From positions 697,715 to 761,714 of the forward strand of contig CAWEHL010000004.1 in the NCBI GenBank assembly GCA_963808895.1: 64,000 nucleotides of DNA. The letters are read 5' to 3'. Position numbers and translations under genes: made by a program. The notes below the pieces were generated by a model, which had not been told where the DNA came from, ran no database searches, and saw only the letters and a program-made list of their open reading frames with translations. Numbering within the stretch: position 1 is the stretch's first letter; each line of letters opens with the position of its first letter. Origin of the DNA: an uncultured Chloroflexia bacterium. GTDB lineage: Bacteria; Chloroflexota; Limnocylindria; Limnocylindrales; CSP1-4. Positions 22,737 through 34,785 of this stretch are shown here, piece by piece.

Positions 22737-23195
22737 TCAGTCCTCCGGCTCACCCCGTCGAGCGATCGGCAAGGCCAGCCACAACACGCCATAGACGAGG
22801 ACCGCCGCGACCGTCGCTATGGCGGCCGCCGCCGCGCCCTGGACGACATCGACCACGAGGTAGACCGAGCAGGCGATCCCGATCGCGGTGCACACCAGTC
22901 CGGCGATGATCAGCTTGTTCGAGTCGAACAGCATCTCCTCCTTGATATCCCGTCGGAAGTTGAGCCGGTGATACGCGGAGGGCGCGATGAACAGGGCGGC
23001 GGCGACCGCGCTGAAGAGCAGGGCGATCGTGTAGATGAGGCGATCGAACTCGGACGTCTTCGAGAACCCCTGCTGGAACGGCAGGATCAACAGGAACGCG
23101 AAGAGCACCTGGACGCCCGGCAGGGCGACCCGGACCTCGTTGAGGAGCTCGATCAGCTCGCGGTTGACGCGCTCCCTCTCGGTCTCGTCCGCCAT
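22737..23195 (-). CDS. DUF6328-like membrane protein
   Basis: ELLNEVRVALPGVQVLFAFLLILPFQQGF, APSAYHR; four hydrophobic segments. Confidence 0.82.
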   Translation of the reverse strand: MADETERERVNRELIELLNEVRVALPGVQVLFAFLLILPFQQGFSKTSEFDRLIYTIALLFSAVAAALFIAPSAYHRLNFRRDIKEEMLFDSNKLIIAGLVCTAIGIACSVYLVVDVVQGAAAAAIATVAAVLVYGVLWLALPIARRGEPED

Positions 23196-23231
23196 GCGAG
23201 CAGGGTACGCGGCGCTACGGCGTGCTGCCCC

Positions 23232-24056
23232 TCAGCGACGCAGCTCCCCGCGAAGCTCGGCCACCTCGGATCGCAAGGCGGCGATCTCGTCGGCGAGGCG
23301 TCCGACGTCGGGGATCGGGTCGGTGCGCGGACCTGTCTCGCTCGTCGGCTGGGCTTCCTGGTCGGGCGGTGGGGGCACGAGCAGGCTCGCGAGGATGCTC
23401 GCGAGCGCCGCGATGATGCCGACACCCGTGAGCATCACGAACAGGCCGACGAGGCGGCCGGCGAATGTCACCGGGAACCGGTCGCCATAGCCGACCGTGG
23501 TGATCGTCACGAAACCCCACCAGATCGCGTCGGCCCCGGACCTGATGTTCGCGTCCGGGGAGCGGATCTCGAACTGGAGGACCAGGAAGCTCGCCGTGCT
23601 CAGGATCATCCCGGCCGCGAGCAACGTGATGAAGGATGCGTATTGGCCACGGTTGGCGACCATGTCGCGGACGAGCTCGCGACGGTTGTTGCCACGAAGA
23701 AGGCGCGTCACGCGGGCGAGTCGGCTGATGCGGGCGAGGCGGAACAGCGCGGTGAGCTCGAAGAAGCCGAGCGTCGGGATCGAACCGAGGAGATCGAGCC
23801 AGCCGCGCTCGTAGATGAAGTACTGACGGCGTGGGTGGGAGCCGGTCAGCGAGTACACGAAGTCGCCCAGGAAGATCAGGCAGATGACGAAGTCGTAGGA
23901 CTGCAGCAGCGTCTTCGACTCCGGATCGAGGGGCAGCAACAGCAGCACCATGACCACGAGCGAGAACAGCGTGAGGACGAGGATGAACAGGTTGTAGGCG
24001 TTGCCGTGCTCGCGCGCGGCTGGGCCGCTCCGCGGTCATCCTCGGTCCTCGCTCAT
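23232..24056 (-). CDS. 6-TM potassium channel / ion transporter
   Basis: Selectivity filter TITTVGYGD and S4-like RLARISRLARVTRLLR. The in-frame TGA at codon 7 is probably a local sequence error. Confidence 0.9.
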
Positions 24057-24133
24057 CGTCGGAGCCTAGGAGCGCGCCAACGCTCCACGAACGGGTGACG
24101 ACCCCCCAGCCTCGCGCCGTGCGGGCGCGAGGG

Positions 24134-25262
24134 TCAGTCGTTGTAGAGGCGTTCCTCGATGAGCTTCTCCTGGACCGTTCGACCGTTGGGGTCGAAGCAG
24201 GAGAACTCGAAGTGCTTCTCGAACTCGAGGTCGACGTTGTCCTGACCGCCGCGGTTCTTCTCGACCGAGACGACGACCCAGTCGCGGAAGCGCTGCGCCT
24301 GGTACGGGTTGAACTCGATGTTGACCTTGGCGACGATGTGGTACTTCTCGTTCAGGATCAGGATGATGTCGGCCTCGTAGTTGATCGCCGACGAGCCGCG
24401 CAGGTGGAAGTTGCGCAGGCGCGAGGCCTTGAGGCCTTCCTTGTCGGCGGCGACGATCGAGACCATCGGCACGTCCTCGGACAGGGCGATGTCCTTGAGG
24501 CCGTTGACGATGTACGTGACCTTCTCCGTCTCGTTCTCGGGCTCCGGGACCTGGGGCACCTTCTGCATGTAGTCGACGAAGACGACGAGTCGTCGCTCGC
24601 CCGACAGCGCGCGGTGCTGCTGGACGAGCTTGCGGATGTTGTCGATCGTGCTCGCCGTCTGCGAGCCGCGGAGCAGGAAGAGGTTCTGGCCGTAGCGGGC
24701 GATGCGATCGAGCGACGGGCGAAGGCGCGGGTTGTTGGCGAGCTGCGGCGTCGCGGCGCCCTCGGCCATCCACGTGCCGAGGATCTCCTTGCGGACGTCC
24801 TGGATCTTGATCGGCACCGGTCTTGTGCGGCAGGTGCGCGAGGGCCGACTCCATCGCGATCAGCCGGTTCATCAGGTACGCCTCGTCGTGCTCGAAGCAC
24901 AGGTAGAGGACGTTCGCCTGGCCGCCCGAGGCGATGTTGCGCGCCATCTGGAGGGCCATCGTGGTCTTGCCGGTGCCCTGGGCGCCGCCGATCAGCAGCA
25001 GCTCCCCGGCGCGCAGGCCGGAGCCGATGGTCTTGTCGATCGGCGTGAAGCCGAGGGGGACGGGCTGGTATTCGGCGAGCTGACCCGTCGTGACGCGTTC
25101 GTTGAGGTCGACGAGGACGTCGAGCGCGGATCTCGGCGCCATGCTCCCGTTATCGGTGTCGAGTCGCCACCCGCGTGCGGCGGGGGCGGGCGCAGCGTTG
25201 GCTTCGAGATCAGTGGTCACGCGGTCGGATCCTCCCCGGAGGCCGGCGCTCTTGGCGCTCAT
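24134..25262 (-). CDS. Stand-alone DnaB-like (SF4/RecA-fold) ATPase lacking the DnaB N-terminal domain (frameshift near 24.81 kb)
   Basis: Walker A GAQGTGKT, Walker B VFVDYMQ, LRGSSAINYEADIILIL, VEKNRGG. Alternative GTG start at 25220. Confidence 0.85.
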
Positions 25263-25363
25263 GCGGCGACTTTAGGGTAGCACCGGGGTCAGGCCGTATC
25301 ACCCATCCGTACTGCGCCAGTCCGGCCCGTTTCGCCGGAGTCCCGCAGCCCTTCCGACGGCTG

Positions 25364-26765
25364 TCAGGCCTCGTCCAGATGCAGCGATCTCGTCGAACGT
25401 CGACGGCGATCGTCCGGATCGCGCGCTCGTAGTTGTCGAGGTCGAACCACTCGTTCGGCGCATGTGCCAGGTCGTTGGGCTGGGTGAAGCCGAGCGAGGA
25501 CGACCGGCAACCCGAGGATCGACTGGAAGCTCGCGGCGACAGGGATCGACCCGCCTGAGTTGATGTACAGCGGCGGCTGTCCGAACACGCGCTCGAGCGC
25601 TCTGGATGCCGCGCCGACGTGCGGGTGGTCGAGCGGGGTCTGGCTCGGTCGGCCCGTGCCGAGCAGCCTGACGGTGACGTCGACGCCTGGCGGCGCGATC
25701 TCCTCGACGAACGCCTTGAGCTTGTCGTAGATGTCGGCCGGCTCCTGGTCGGCGACGAGACGCATGCTGATCTTCGCGTGTGCCTCGGCAGGGATGATCG
25801 TCTTCTGACCGTGGCCCTGGAACCCGCCCCAGATCCCGTTGACATCGAGCGTCGGGCGGATCGATTTCCGCTCGAGTGTCGTGTAGCCGGCTTCGCCGAC
25901 GAGCTTGGAAACCCCCGTGTCGGTCGCGGAAGACCTCCTCATCGAATGGCAAGGCGGCGATCGCGTCGCGCTCCGCCTGGGTCGGCTCACGGACGTCGTC
26001 ATAGAAGCCGGGGATCCGGATCCGACCGTCCGGGCCCTTGAGGGCCGCGATGATCTGCGCGATGGCGAAGGCCGGGTTGCCGATCGCTCCGCCGTAGCTG
26101 CCGGAGTGGAGATCGCCATCAGCGAGCCGGACGTCGATCTGCGCATACGTCATGCCGCGCAGCGACAACGTGATCGCCGGGACGTTCCCCTCGAAGAACC
26201 CGGTGTCGCTGATGATCGCGGCGTCCCCGTCGAGGCGATCGCGATGCTCGGCCAGCCACGCCTCGAGATGCGCGCTCCCGCTTTCCTCTTCGCCCTCGAA
26301 GACGTACTTGACGTTGACCGGCAGGCCGTCGCGCGTCGCGAGCAGTGCCGCTGCTGCACTGATGTGGGCGTGGATCTGGCCCTTGTCGTCGGCGGTGCCG
26401 CGGCCGATCAGCCGATGGCCGTCGACCACCGGCTCGAACGGGTCGGTGCGCCACTCTGCGAGCGGGTCGACCGGCTGGACGTCGTAGTGACCGTAGACGA
26501 GGACGGTCGGAGCGCCATCGGCGTGCAACCAATCGCCGTAGACCATCGGATGGCCGCCGGTCTCGCTGACCTCGACGTTCTCGATACCGGCAGTACGCAT
26601 CTCGTCCGCGAGCCACTCGGCGGCCCGACGGACGTCCGGGGCGTGCTGCGGCAGCGCCGAGATGCTGGGGATGCGGAGGAACGCCTTGAGGCGTTCGAGG
26701 CGCTCCTCACGACGCGGTTCGAGGTACGCGTCGAGGACCTGGTCGGTGGCGGTCGGGTCGGGCAT
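25364..26765 (-). CDS. M20/M25/M40 dipeptidase (frameshifted)
   Basis: LVYGHYDVQP, GRGTADDKGQ, FEGEEESGS, DLHSGSYGG, GGSIPV, HAPNE. Confidence 0.92.
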
Positions 26766-26907
26766 GGCCCGGAAGTCTATCGGTGGGGCCCGCTGCCCGT
26801 CGGGCGGATGCCTTCCCGCGCCGCCCGACCCTGCATGTGCCCAGGAATCGAACGAGCGGGCCGGGGACCGGCCCGCTCGAAAACGGGGACTGGATCGGCC
26901 GGTCGGG

Positions 26908-28821
<1,914 letters not shown>

Positions 28822-29074
28822 CTAGGAGCCTCCGGGGTGAAGTGGACGACGACCGAGCGCCGCCACGTGTCGCGAGTATACCGTCGGGGTCTGAAGGGAC
28901 CCCCTGACCGATGTCATGCCCTTGATCATCCCTACGGACGATCGCGAATGGTGGATGGGGACGGGAGACCGTGTGAAGAAATCGATACGACGGGGAGTGA
29001 CGGGCCCGCTCGTGTCGAGCGCCGGGACGACGAACCTGCGAAGGACGTCGAGCGACGTCGTGGGGATCGGGGAT

Positions 29075-29149
29075 TGGTAGCGGAGGGCGGATTCGAACCA
29101 CCGACCAAGGGCTTATGAGTCCCCTGCTCTACCACTGAGCTACTCCGCC
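29075..29149 (-). tRNA. tRNA-Met (CAT), probably elongator
   Basis: GGCGGAGTAGCTCAGTGGTAGAGCAGGGGACTCATAAGCCCTTGGTCGGTGGTTCGAATCCGCCCTCCGCTACCA folds as a cloverleaf with encoded CCA. Paired 1-72 argues against initiator; Ile2 is not fully excluded. TAGAAT lies upstream at 29160-29165. Confidence 0.93.
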
Positions 29150-29217
29150 GCGGCCGCCGATTCTAGCGCCGAGCCGCGCGATCCCGCCAGCGCAAGGACC
29201 CAACCTATACTCGGCCG

Positions 29218-30264
29218 ATGCAAGACGGGGCGCCGCGAGCGTCGACGACGGCGCCGCCCCCGCCGACTGATCCGCCACCGACGAACGCCGCCGCGGCTCC
29301 GTCGGGCGGCATGGGGCTCGACTCGATCCGACTGCAGGCCGAAGAGCATCCGGTCATCGAGGACACACCCGCGACATCGCCCGCGGAGCACTGTTTGCGC
29401 CTGATGCATCTCAAGGCCTACGAGGAGGCGGCGGGTCACGCCGTCAGCGCCGACGTGCTCGACGTCGGGTGCAACACGGGTTACGGGACCCTGCGCTTCC
29501 TCGAAGTGGCGCGGCGCGTCGTCGGGGTCGACGTGTCCGACCGCGCGATCGAGGTCGCACGGGCGTCGACGCGCGACGGTCGACCGGAGTTCGTCGTCAT
29601 CGACGGCATCACGCTGCCGTTCCCGGACGACTCCTTCGATCTCGTCGTCAGCTTCCAGGTCATCGAGCACATCGAGGATCCAGTGCCGTATCTGCGGGAG
29701 ATCCGGCGCGTCGCCCGACCCGGCGCGACCGTCCTGTTCACGACGCCCAACGCCGGGACGCGACTCTATCCCGGGATGAAGCCCTGGAACCGCTTCCATG
29801 TCCGGGAGTACCTGGCTCCCGAGCTTGAGGCCGAGCTGCGCGAGGTGTTTCCCGACGCGCGCGTTCGGGGCATGTTCGGGACGCCGACGCTATACGAGAC
29901 GGAGATCGACAGGGTCGACGCCGCGCGCCGGCGGATCCGCAAGGCAGAGGCAGCGGCAGTCGCGCCATCGAGCGTGGCCGGCGCGACCGCCGACGCAGCT
30001 CCGGCTCCGCGGGCCAGACGCCGGCGGCTACCGGTCCGTGTCGTCCGGGCGCTGATCCCCGGGTCTGTGCGCGGTCGACTGCGTGCCGCGCTCGTGGATC
30101 AAGCACCGCCCGCGACGAAGACGGCCAAGGCCCCGCCGCCGGCGCCCCCCGCCGCGGTGGCGATGTCACTCGAGACGTTCCGCGAGTTCACGGTCGACGA
30201 TCTCTACTACGCCGACCACGACCTCGATCGAGCGATGGACTTCATGGCGGTCTGTCGGGCCTGA
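29218..30264 (+). CDS. Class I SAM-dependent methyltransferase
   Basis: VLDVGCNTGYG, LPFPDDSFDLVVSFQVIEH, FTTPN, NRFHVREY; TATACT 6 nt before the ATG. Confidence 0.9.
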   Translation: MQDGAPRASTTAPPPPTDPPPTNAAAAPSGGMGLDSIRLQAEEHPVIEDTPATSPAEHCLRLMHLKAYEEAAGHAVSADVLDVGCNTGYGTLRFLEVARRVVGVDVSDRAIEVARASTRDGRPEFVVIDGITLPFPDDSFDLVVSFQVIEHIEDPVPYLREIRRVARPGATVLFTTPNAGTRLYPGMKPWNRFHVREYLAPELEAELREVFPDARVRGMFGTPTLYETEIDRVDAARRRIRKAEAAAVAPSSVAGATADAAPAPRARRRRLPVRVVRALIPGSVRGRLRAALVDQAPPATKTAKAPPPAPPAAVAMSLETFREFTVDDLYYADHDLDRAMDFMAVCRA

Positions 30265-30285
30265 TCGCACCGCCCCAGGTCCCGG

Positions 30286-32087
30286 TCAGCGGCCGATGAG
30301 CAGGATCCCCACCATCCGGTGGTAGTGCGAGATGAACGTGTCGCGGTGCACGACCCGGCCGTTGCCGTCGCGCACGGTCCGGGTGACCGAGACGTCCTTG
30401 CCATCGACCGGGTACTCCGTCCGCTGCTGCTCGCCGGGCCGCAGCGACGACGTGTACTGGGTCGTGTCGTAGCCCTGGACGACGTTCGTGACGATCGGCG
30501 TGGACCACGTCGTCGTCCGGCCGTTCGGCACGCTCCAGATCTCGAAATGCACGATACCCGGCGAGGCCTGCGAGCGGATCATGACCGGGTGGGCCGTGTC
30601 GTTCCGGAAGCGCATCGTCTGCGAGTCCGACACGGTGGCGTCGAGGCCGAGCGGATAGCGGGTGATGTAGTACCAGTGCGGCTGGCGCGTGACGATCTGG
30701 AGCCCGCCCCGAGCCGCTGCGTTGAACAGCGTCGTCGATGCCGCGCAGATGCCGCCCGCGAGCGCCTTGCCCTCGACGCTATGGCCGCCGACGATCGCGC
30801 CGCCGAGCCGGTAGCCGGTCCGGAAGCTGACCTCGCCGAGCGCGCGCCAGAAATCGAACGTCTCGCCGGGCCGCACCACCAACCCGTCCAGCTTGCGCGC
30901 CGGAACCGTGATGTTCGCGGAGAACCCGTTGTGTGCACTGACCTGGTAGTACGTCGTCCACGACCCGACCCGCTCGACGAGCGGCGCCTTCTTGGTCGCC
31001 TCGCTGGTCGTGACGTCCGGCCCGACGGCCTTGGTGGCGACGGCCACCTTCGATGGCGTCTTTGCGCCGACCGCGCGGCCATCGAGGATGTTGACGATCG
31101 AGTCGACCGTCGCCTCGACATCGAGCTCGCGGCCGGCCGATGACGCGCTGACGCCGAAGATCCGCCCGCCGCGATCGCGCACGAACGTCGCGTTCGTGGG
31201 CTTGATCGCGACGTGCTTCTTGATGCTCTTGAGGATCGCGGTCGCGCGACCCGTGTCGATCGCCGGGCCGAGGCTCGCCCCGCTGCCCTCGAATGTCATC
31301 CAGCCGGTCAGGACCTTGGACGTGATCGACCACGAGCGGTTCGCGGTCGCGAGCTTGATCGGCGCCGCGATCCGGCGCGCCTGATCGATGGCTCGGGCCA
31401 CGTCCTCGTCGGACGTCGTCGGCGGCAGCACCGTCGACGCCGCCTCGTACCGGATCACCGGGGGGTCGTGGGATCGAGCAGCGCCGCGTCGATCTGCGGC
31501 TCGAGGCCGCTCGTGTCGACCGCCACCCCATCGTGTGCGGGCATCGTGGTGAATGATCCGTGGACGATGCGGGCCTGTGCATCGATCGGCTGCCGCTCCC
31601 CGAGGAGCCGGAACGCGGCGAGCTTGGCGGCCAGCGTCGGCCGGTCGTAGCCGATCCGGATCGGCACCGTCGTCGGGCGCAGCAGTCCTTGCAGGCCGGC
31701 GATCGCCTCTTCGAACCTCGTCCCGGTCCGGCCATGCGCCAGCGCCTCGTCGAGCATCCCATCGTCGTCGATCGCGCGGCCGACCTCGGCGTACGAGATC
31801 ACACCCGTGGTCCGGCTCGAGACGAGCTGGATCTGGCCGTCCTCGAGCGCCCCGAGCGCGTCGTCGAGCGCGCTCCGCGCCTGCGCTTCGGTCATCCCGC
31901 CGACGGCGACCCCGCCGACGACGACGCCCGGGAGCACGCGGCCTTCATACGACCGGCCGAAGGCGACCAGGGCAACGACCCCTGCCAGAGCGAGGAAGAG
32001 CACAAGGATCACGGACCAGCGCGCGACCCGGCCGACGCTCCACCCGAGGGCGCGCGGTGCCGTGGCGACAGGTTGTGTGGTGGCCAT
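30286..32087 (-). CDS. VanW-family protein with PG-binding repeats and G5-like tail (frameshift near 31.46 kb)
   Basis: N-terminal TM, VLPGVVVGGVAVGGMT, VRPGETFDFW, AGGICAASTTLFNAA, YPLGLDATV, MRFRNDT. Confidence 0.88.
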
Positions 32088-32200
32088 CCGTGATCAACCC
32101 CGAGAGCAGACGCCGGGGTAGCCCCGTCGTCGAGGCCGGGACTCTACGTCACGCGTGTCATCGTGGGAAGAGGGCCGAACGGCCTACTGGCCGATCACGG

Positions 32201-33097
32201 CTACTGGGCGAACGTGTCGCAGTCGTCCGAGTTTCCCGACTTGTACCCGCGCGAGAACCAGGCGACCCGTTGCTCGGCCGAGCCGTGCGTCCATGTCTCG
32301 GGGTTCACCCGGCCGGTGGTCGACTGCTGGATCCGGTCGTCGCCGACCGCGGCGGCGGCACTCAGCGCCTCCTCGATGTCGCCAGCTTCGAGATCGGCCT
32401 GATCCGAATGCGCCCATACGCCGGCCAGGCAATCGGCCTGCAGCTCCTGGCGAACGGAAAGGTCGTTCCGCCGGCTCGGATCCTGCTGGGCCATCTGCTG
32501 GACCTGGTCGGAGATACCGAGCGCGGTCTGGATGTGGTGGCCGAACTCGTGCGCCACGACATACGCCATCGCGAAGTCGCCACCCTTGGCGCCGAAACGT
32601 GACTTGAGCTCGTCCATGAAGCCCAGATCGAGATAGACCTTCTGATCCGCCGGGCAATAGAAGGGCCCTGTTGCCGCCGAGGCCGGTCCGCACTCCGACT
32701 GCGTGGAGCCGTCGAACAGGACGAGCTTGGTCTCCGGGTAGTCGCGCCCGGACTGGCTGAACGTGGTCGCCCAGTACGTCTGGATGTTGTCGACGATGTA
32801 GGCGAGCTGTTGGTCGGTGTCGCTCTGGGGATCCAGGGTGCCGCCCGGTTCGACGGCGCCACCACCCGACAACCCGCCGAGCCCCGGGATCGAGCCGCTG
32901 CCGCCGAGGACGCCGCTGAACAGCAGGAACAAGACGACGAAGACGATGATCCCGCCGAGCCCGCCGCCCGCCTTGCCGGGGAGCGGGATCGGGATGGCCG
33001 ATCCGCTGCCGCCCGTCGGGAATCCGAACGAGGCACCACCGCCCTGTCCGCGGCGGTCCTCGATCTGATCGAAGCCCGTATTCCGCTTCCATCTCAT
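32201..33097 (-). CDS. Neutral zinc metallopeptidase (YpfJ-like)
   Basis: IEDRRG, TGPFYCPAD, YVVAHEFGHHIQ, ELQADC, THGSAEQR. Confidence 0.92.
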   Translation of the reverse strand: MRWKRNTGFDQIEDRRGQGGGASFGFPTGGSGSAIPIPLPGKAGGGLGGIIVFVVLFLLFSGVLGGSGSIPGLGGLSGGGAVEPGGTLDPQSDTDQQLAYIVDNIQTYWATTFSQSGRDYPETKLVLFDGSTQSECGPASAATGPFYCPADQKVYLDLGFMDELKSRFGAKGGDFAMAYVVAHEFGHHIQTALGISDQVQQMAQQDPSRRNDLSVRQELQADCLAGVWAHSDQADLEAGDIEEALSAAAAVGDDRIQQSTTGRVNPETWTHGSAEQRVAWFSRGYKSGNSDDCDTFAQ

Positions 33098-33263
33098 CGT
33101 GAAGATGCCTCCTCCGTGCCGCCAGCAGGATACGAGGGGTCGGTCACCCGTGGGCTCGCGGATCGCGCCGTCGGCGTTGCAGCCGCATCGTCATGGCTTC
33201 GTACGAAATCAACCCGGCGGCGGAGCGTGCGGTGGTCTGTGCGAGCGCCGGGTGCTCGACGAC

Positions 33264-33779
33264 TCAGGCGAGTTCGCTCAACCGGCCGTCCGAGACATCG
33301 AACACGAGGCCGTGGATCGCGAAGCGCCCCAGGAACGGATGGTCACGCAGGATCGCGACCTGCCGGCGCAGGTTCTCCTCCAGATCCGCGAACCCGCCGA
33401 ACGCGAGGTCGACCGCATCGGCGTCGACGCCGCTATCCGCCGCGACGCGTGCCCTGAGCCTGTCTTCATCGAGGTCCTGGAGACCACAGCCCGTGTGCTC
33501 GATCAGCACGATCTCCTGGGTCCCGAGCAGCTCGACGCTGACGATCAGGGAGCGGATCACGTCCTCGGTCACGAGTCCGCCGGCGTTCCGGATGATGTGC
33601 GCGTCACCGGTCCGCAGGCCGAGGGTCTCCTCGACGTCCAGCCGCGCGTCCATGCACGCGACGATGGCGAGGCGCGATAGCGGCCGCGCGGTCAGGGCGG
33701 ATCGATCGAAGGCGTCGATATAGCGCCGGTTCTCCGCGAGGATGCGCGTGTATTCGGCTGTTCGGTCCGCGGCGGTCAT
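33264..33779 (-). CDS. Beta-class carbonic anhydrase
   Basis: CMDARL, IIRNAGG, HTGCG zinc ligands. Confidence 0.92.
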   Translation of the reverse strand: MTAADRTAEYTRILAENRRYIDAFDRSALTARPLSRLAIVACMDARLDVEETLGLRTGDAHIIRNAGGLVTEDVIRSLIVSVELLGTQEIVLIEHTGCGLQDLDEDRLRARVAADSGVDADAVDLAFGGFADLEENLRRQVAILRDHPFLGRFAIHGLVFDVSDGRLSELA

Positions 33780-33825
33780 CTGGCGCAGGATAGCGAGCAC
33801 GCCGATCGATGCGGGAGGTCCTCGA

Positions 33826-34074
33826 ATGCCGACATTCCGGGAATGGCTGGGGTCGCAACGCGGCCGCGAGGATGCCATCGGCGAGGTCGCCGATACCGTC
33901 AGCACTGACGAGACGCTGACAGCCGACGACTACGCGACGATCCGCCGACATCTGACCGACGGGAACGTCGACGGCAGCGCGATCGACGCGCTCGACGACG
34001 CGCACGCGGAGTACGAGCGATCCGATGATCCGCCGAAGCCTCCGCCGGAGCCGCTCTCGATGGACTGGTCCTAG
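33826..34074 (+). CDS. Small acidic YozE/SAM-like protein
   Basis: TFREWLGSQRGREDAIGEVAD...DYATIRRHL resembles YozE; GGGAGG RBS. Confidence 0.6.
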   Translation: MPTFREWLGSQRGREDAIGEVADTVSTDETLTADDYATIRRHLTDGNVDGSAIDALDDAHAEYERSDDPPKPPPEPLSMDWS

Positions 34075-34154
34075 GCCCGCCCCGCGGGACCCTGACAGAT
34101 GCTCGCCGAGCGAGACAGGGCGGGAAACGCCGCCAAGCCCGTGCCGGGGGTCGG

Positions 34155-34649
34155 CTAGCCGGACGGCCCGAACAGCACCGTCAACCAGCGCTCGAGCGGG
34201 CTGACATCCTCGACCTCGGCGCCCAGCCGGACAGCGGCGGAGCCCGGGGCATTCGCCGCGAGCGGGGGTGAATCCGGAGCGAGGGTGAACGCGATCTCGT
34301 CGACCCCGCCGACGCCGTGCGCCCGGGCCTCCTGCTCGACGAAGCGCTGGCGACCGATCGACTCGAGCTCGCGCTCCATCGCCGCCACCTCGAGGCTGAG
34401 CATCGCGTTGCCGCTCGCGATGTCCTGAGCGCGCGTCGCAGCCTCGGACGCCTCGGCGACCTGCCGCGCGAAGGCGATGACGATCCACGCGGCCAGCATC
34501 GCGGCCGCGATCATCGCCATGCGGCGTCGCGTCAATCCGACGATCGGGAGCGTCGCAAGGTCGACGGTGGGGCGGGTTCCGGCGGCCGTCGCCGGATCGA
34601 GCTCGTCGGCGTCAGGCGCGGGCGGCTCGGGGTCGATCGAGCGCGACAT
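34155..34649 (-). CDS. Septum-formation initiator (FtsB/DivIC-like)
   Basis: Single TM, coiled coil, then FVEQEARAHGVGGVDEIAF. Confidence 0.7.
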   Translation of the reverse strand: MSRSIDPEPPAPDADELDPATAAGTRPTVDLATLPIVGLTRRRMAMIAAAMLAAWIVIAFARQVAEASEAATRAQDIASGNAMLSLEVAAMERELESIGRQRFVEQEARAHGVGGVDEIAFTLAPDSPPLAANAPGSAAVRLGAEVEDVSPLERWLTVLFGPSG

Positions 34650-34656
34650 CGGCGGG

Positions 34657-34685
34657 AGCGTAGCTACGCGTAGCTACAGTGTCAA
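34657..34685 (-). promoter_or_regulatory. Sigma70-type promoter TTGACA-N17-TACGCT for the FtsB-like gene, with an 18-bp palindrome in the spacer
   Basis: -35 at 34680-34685, -10 at 34657-34662, ATG 7 nt downstream; GTAGCTACGCGTAGCTAC at 34660-34677. Confidence 0.7.
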
Positions 34686-34751
34686 CCGCGATCCTGTGAC
34701 AGACAACCTGTCATCCGTGCGGTTGACGCTCCGACTAGACTGCCTTCATTC

Positions 34752-34770
34752 CGAACAGGTGTTCTAGAAT
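34752..34770 (+). promoter_or_regulatory. LexA (SOS) box GAAC-N4-GTTC abutting a TAGAAT -10
   Basis: CGAACAGGTGTTCT at 34752-34765 directly upstream of a DNA-repair helicase; matches the Gram-positive/Chloroflexota-type LexA motif. Confidence 0.75.
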
Positions 34771-34785
34771 CGGAGATACTCGCCG

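Noticed and set aside
24036-24038. In-frame TGA early in the K+ channel gene as recoding
   Set aside because: It lies in a non-conserved N-terminal stretch of an indel-prone assembly; compensating errors are the simpler explanation.
28822-29217. Integrated element at tRNA-Met, or an ncRNA in the tRNA-ftsH spacer
   Set aside because: No integrase, no duplicated tRNA 3' end seen and no recognisable RNA motif. The A-G mismatch in the anticodon stem alone is not strong evidence of anything unusual.
30286-32087. Vancomycin resistance locus
   Set aside because: VanW-domain proteins are widespread, and no vanHAX or vanRS genes are present.
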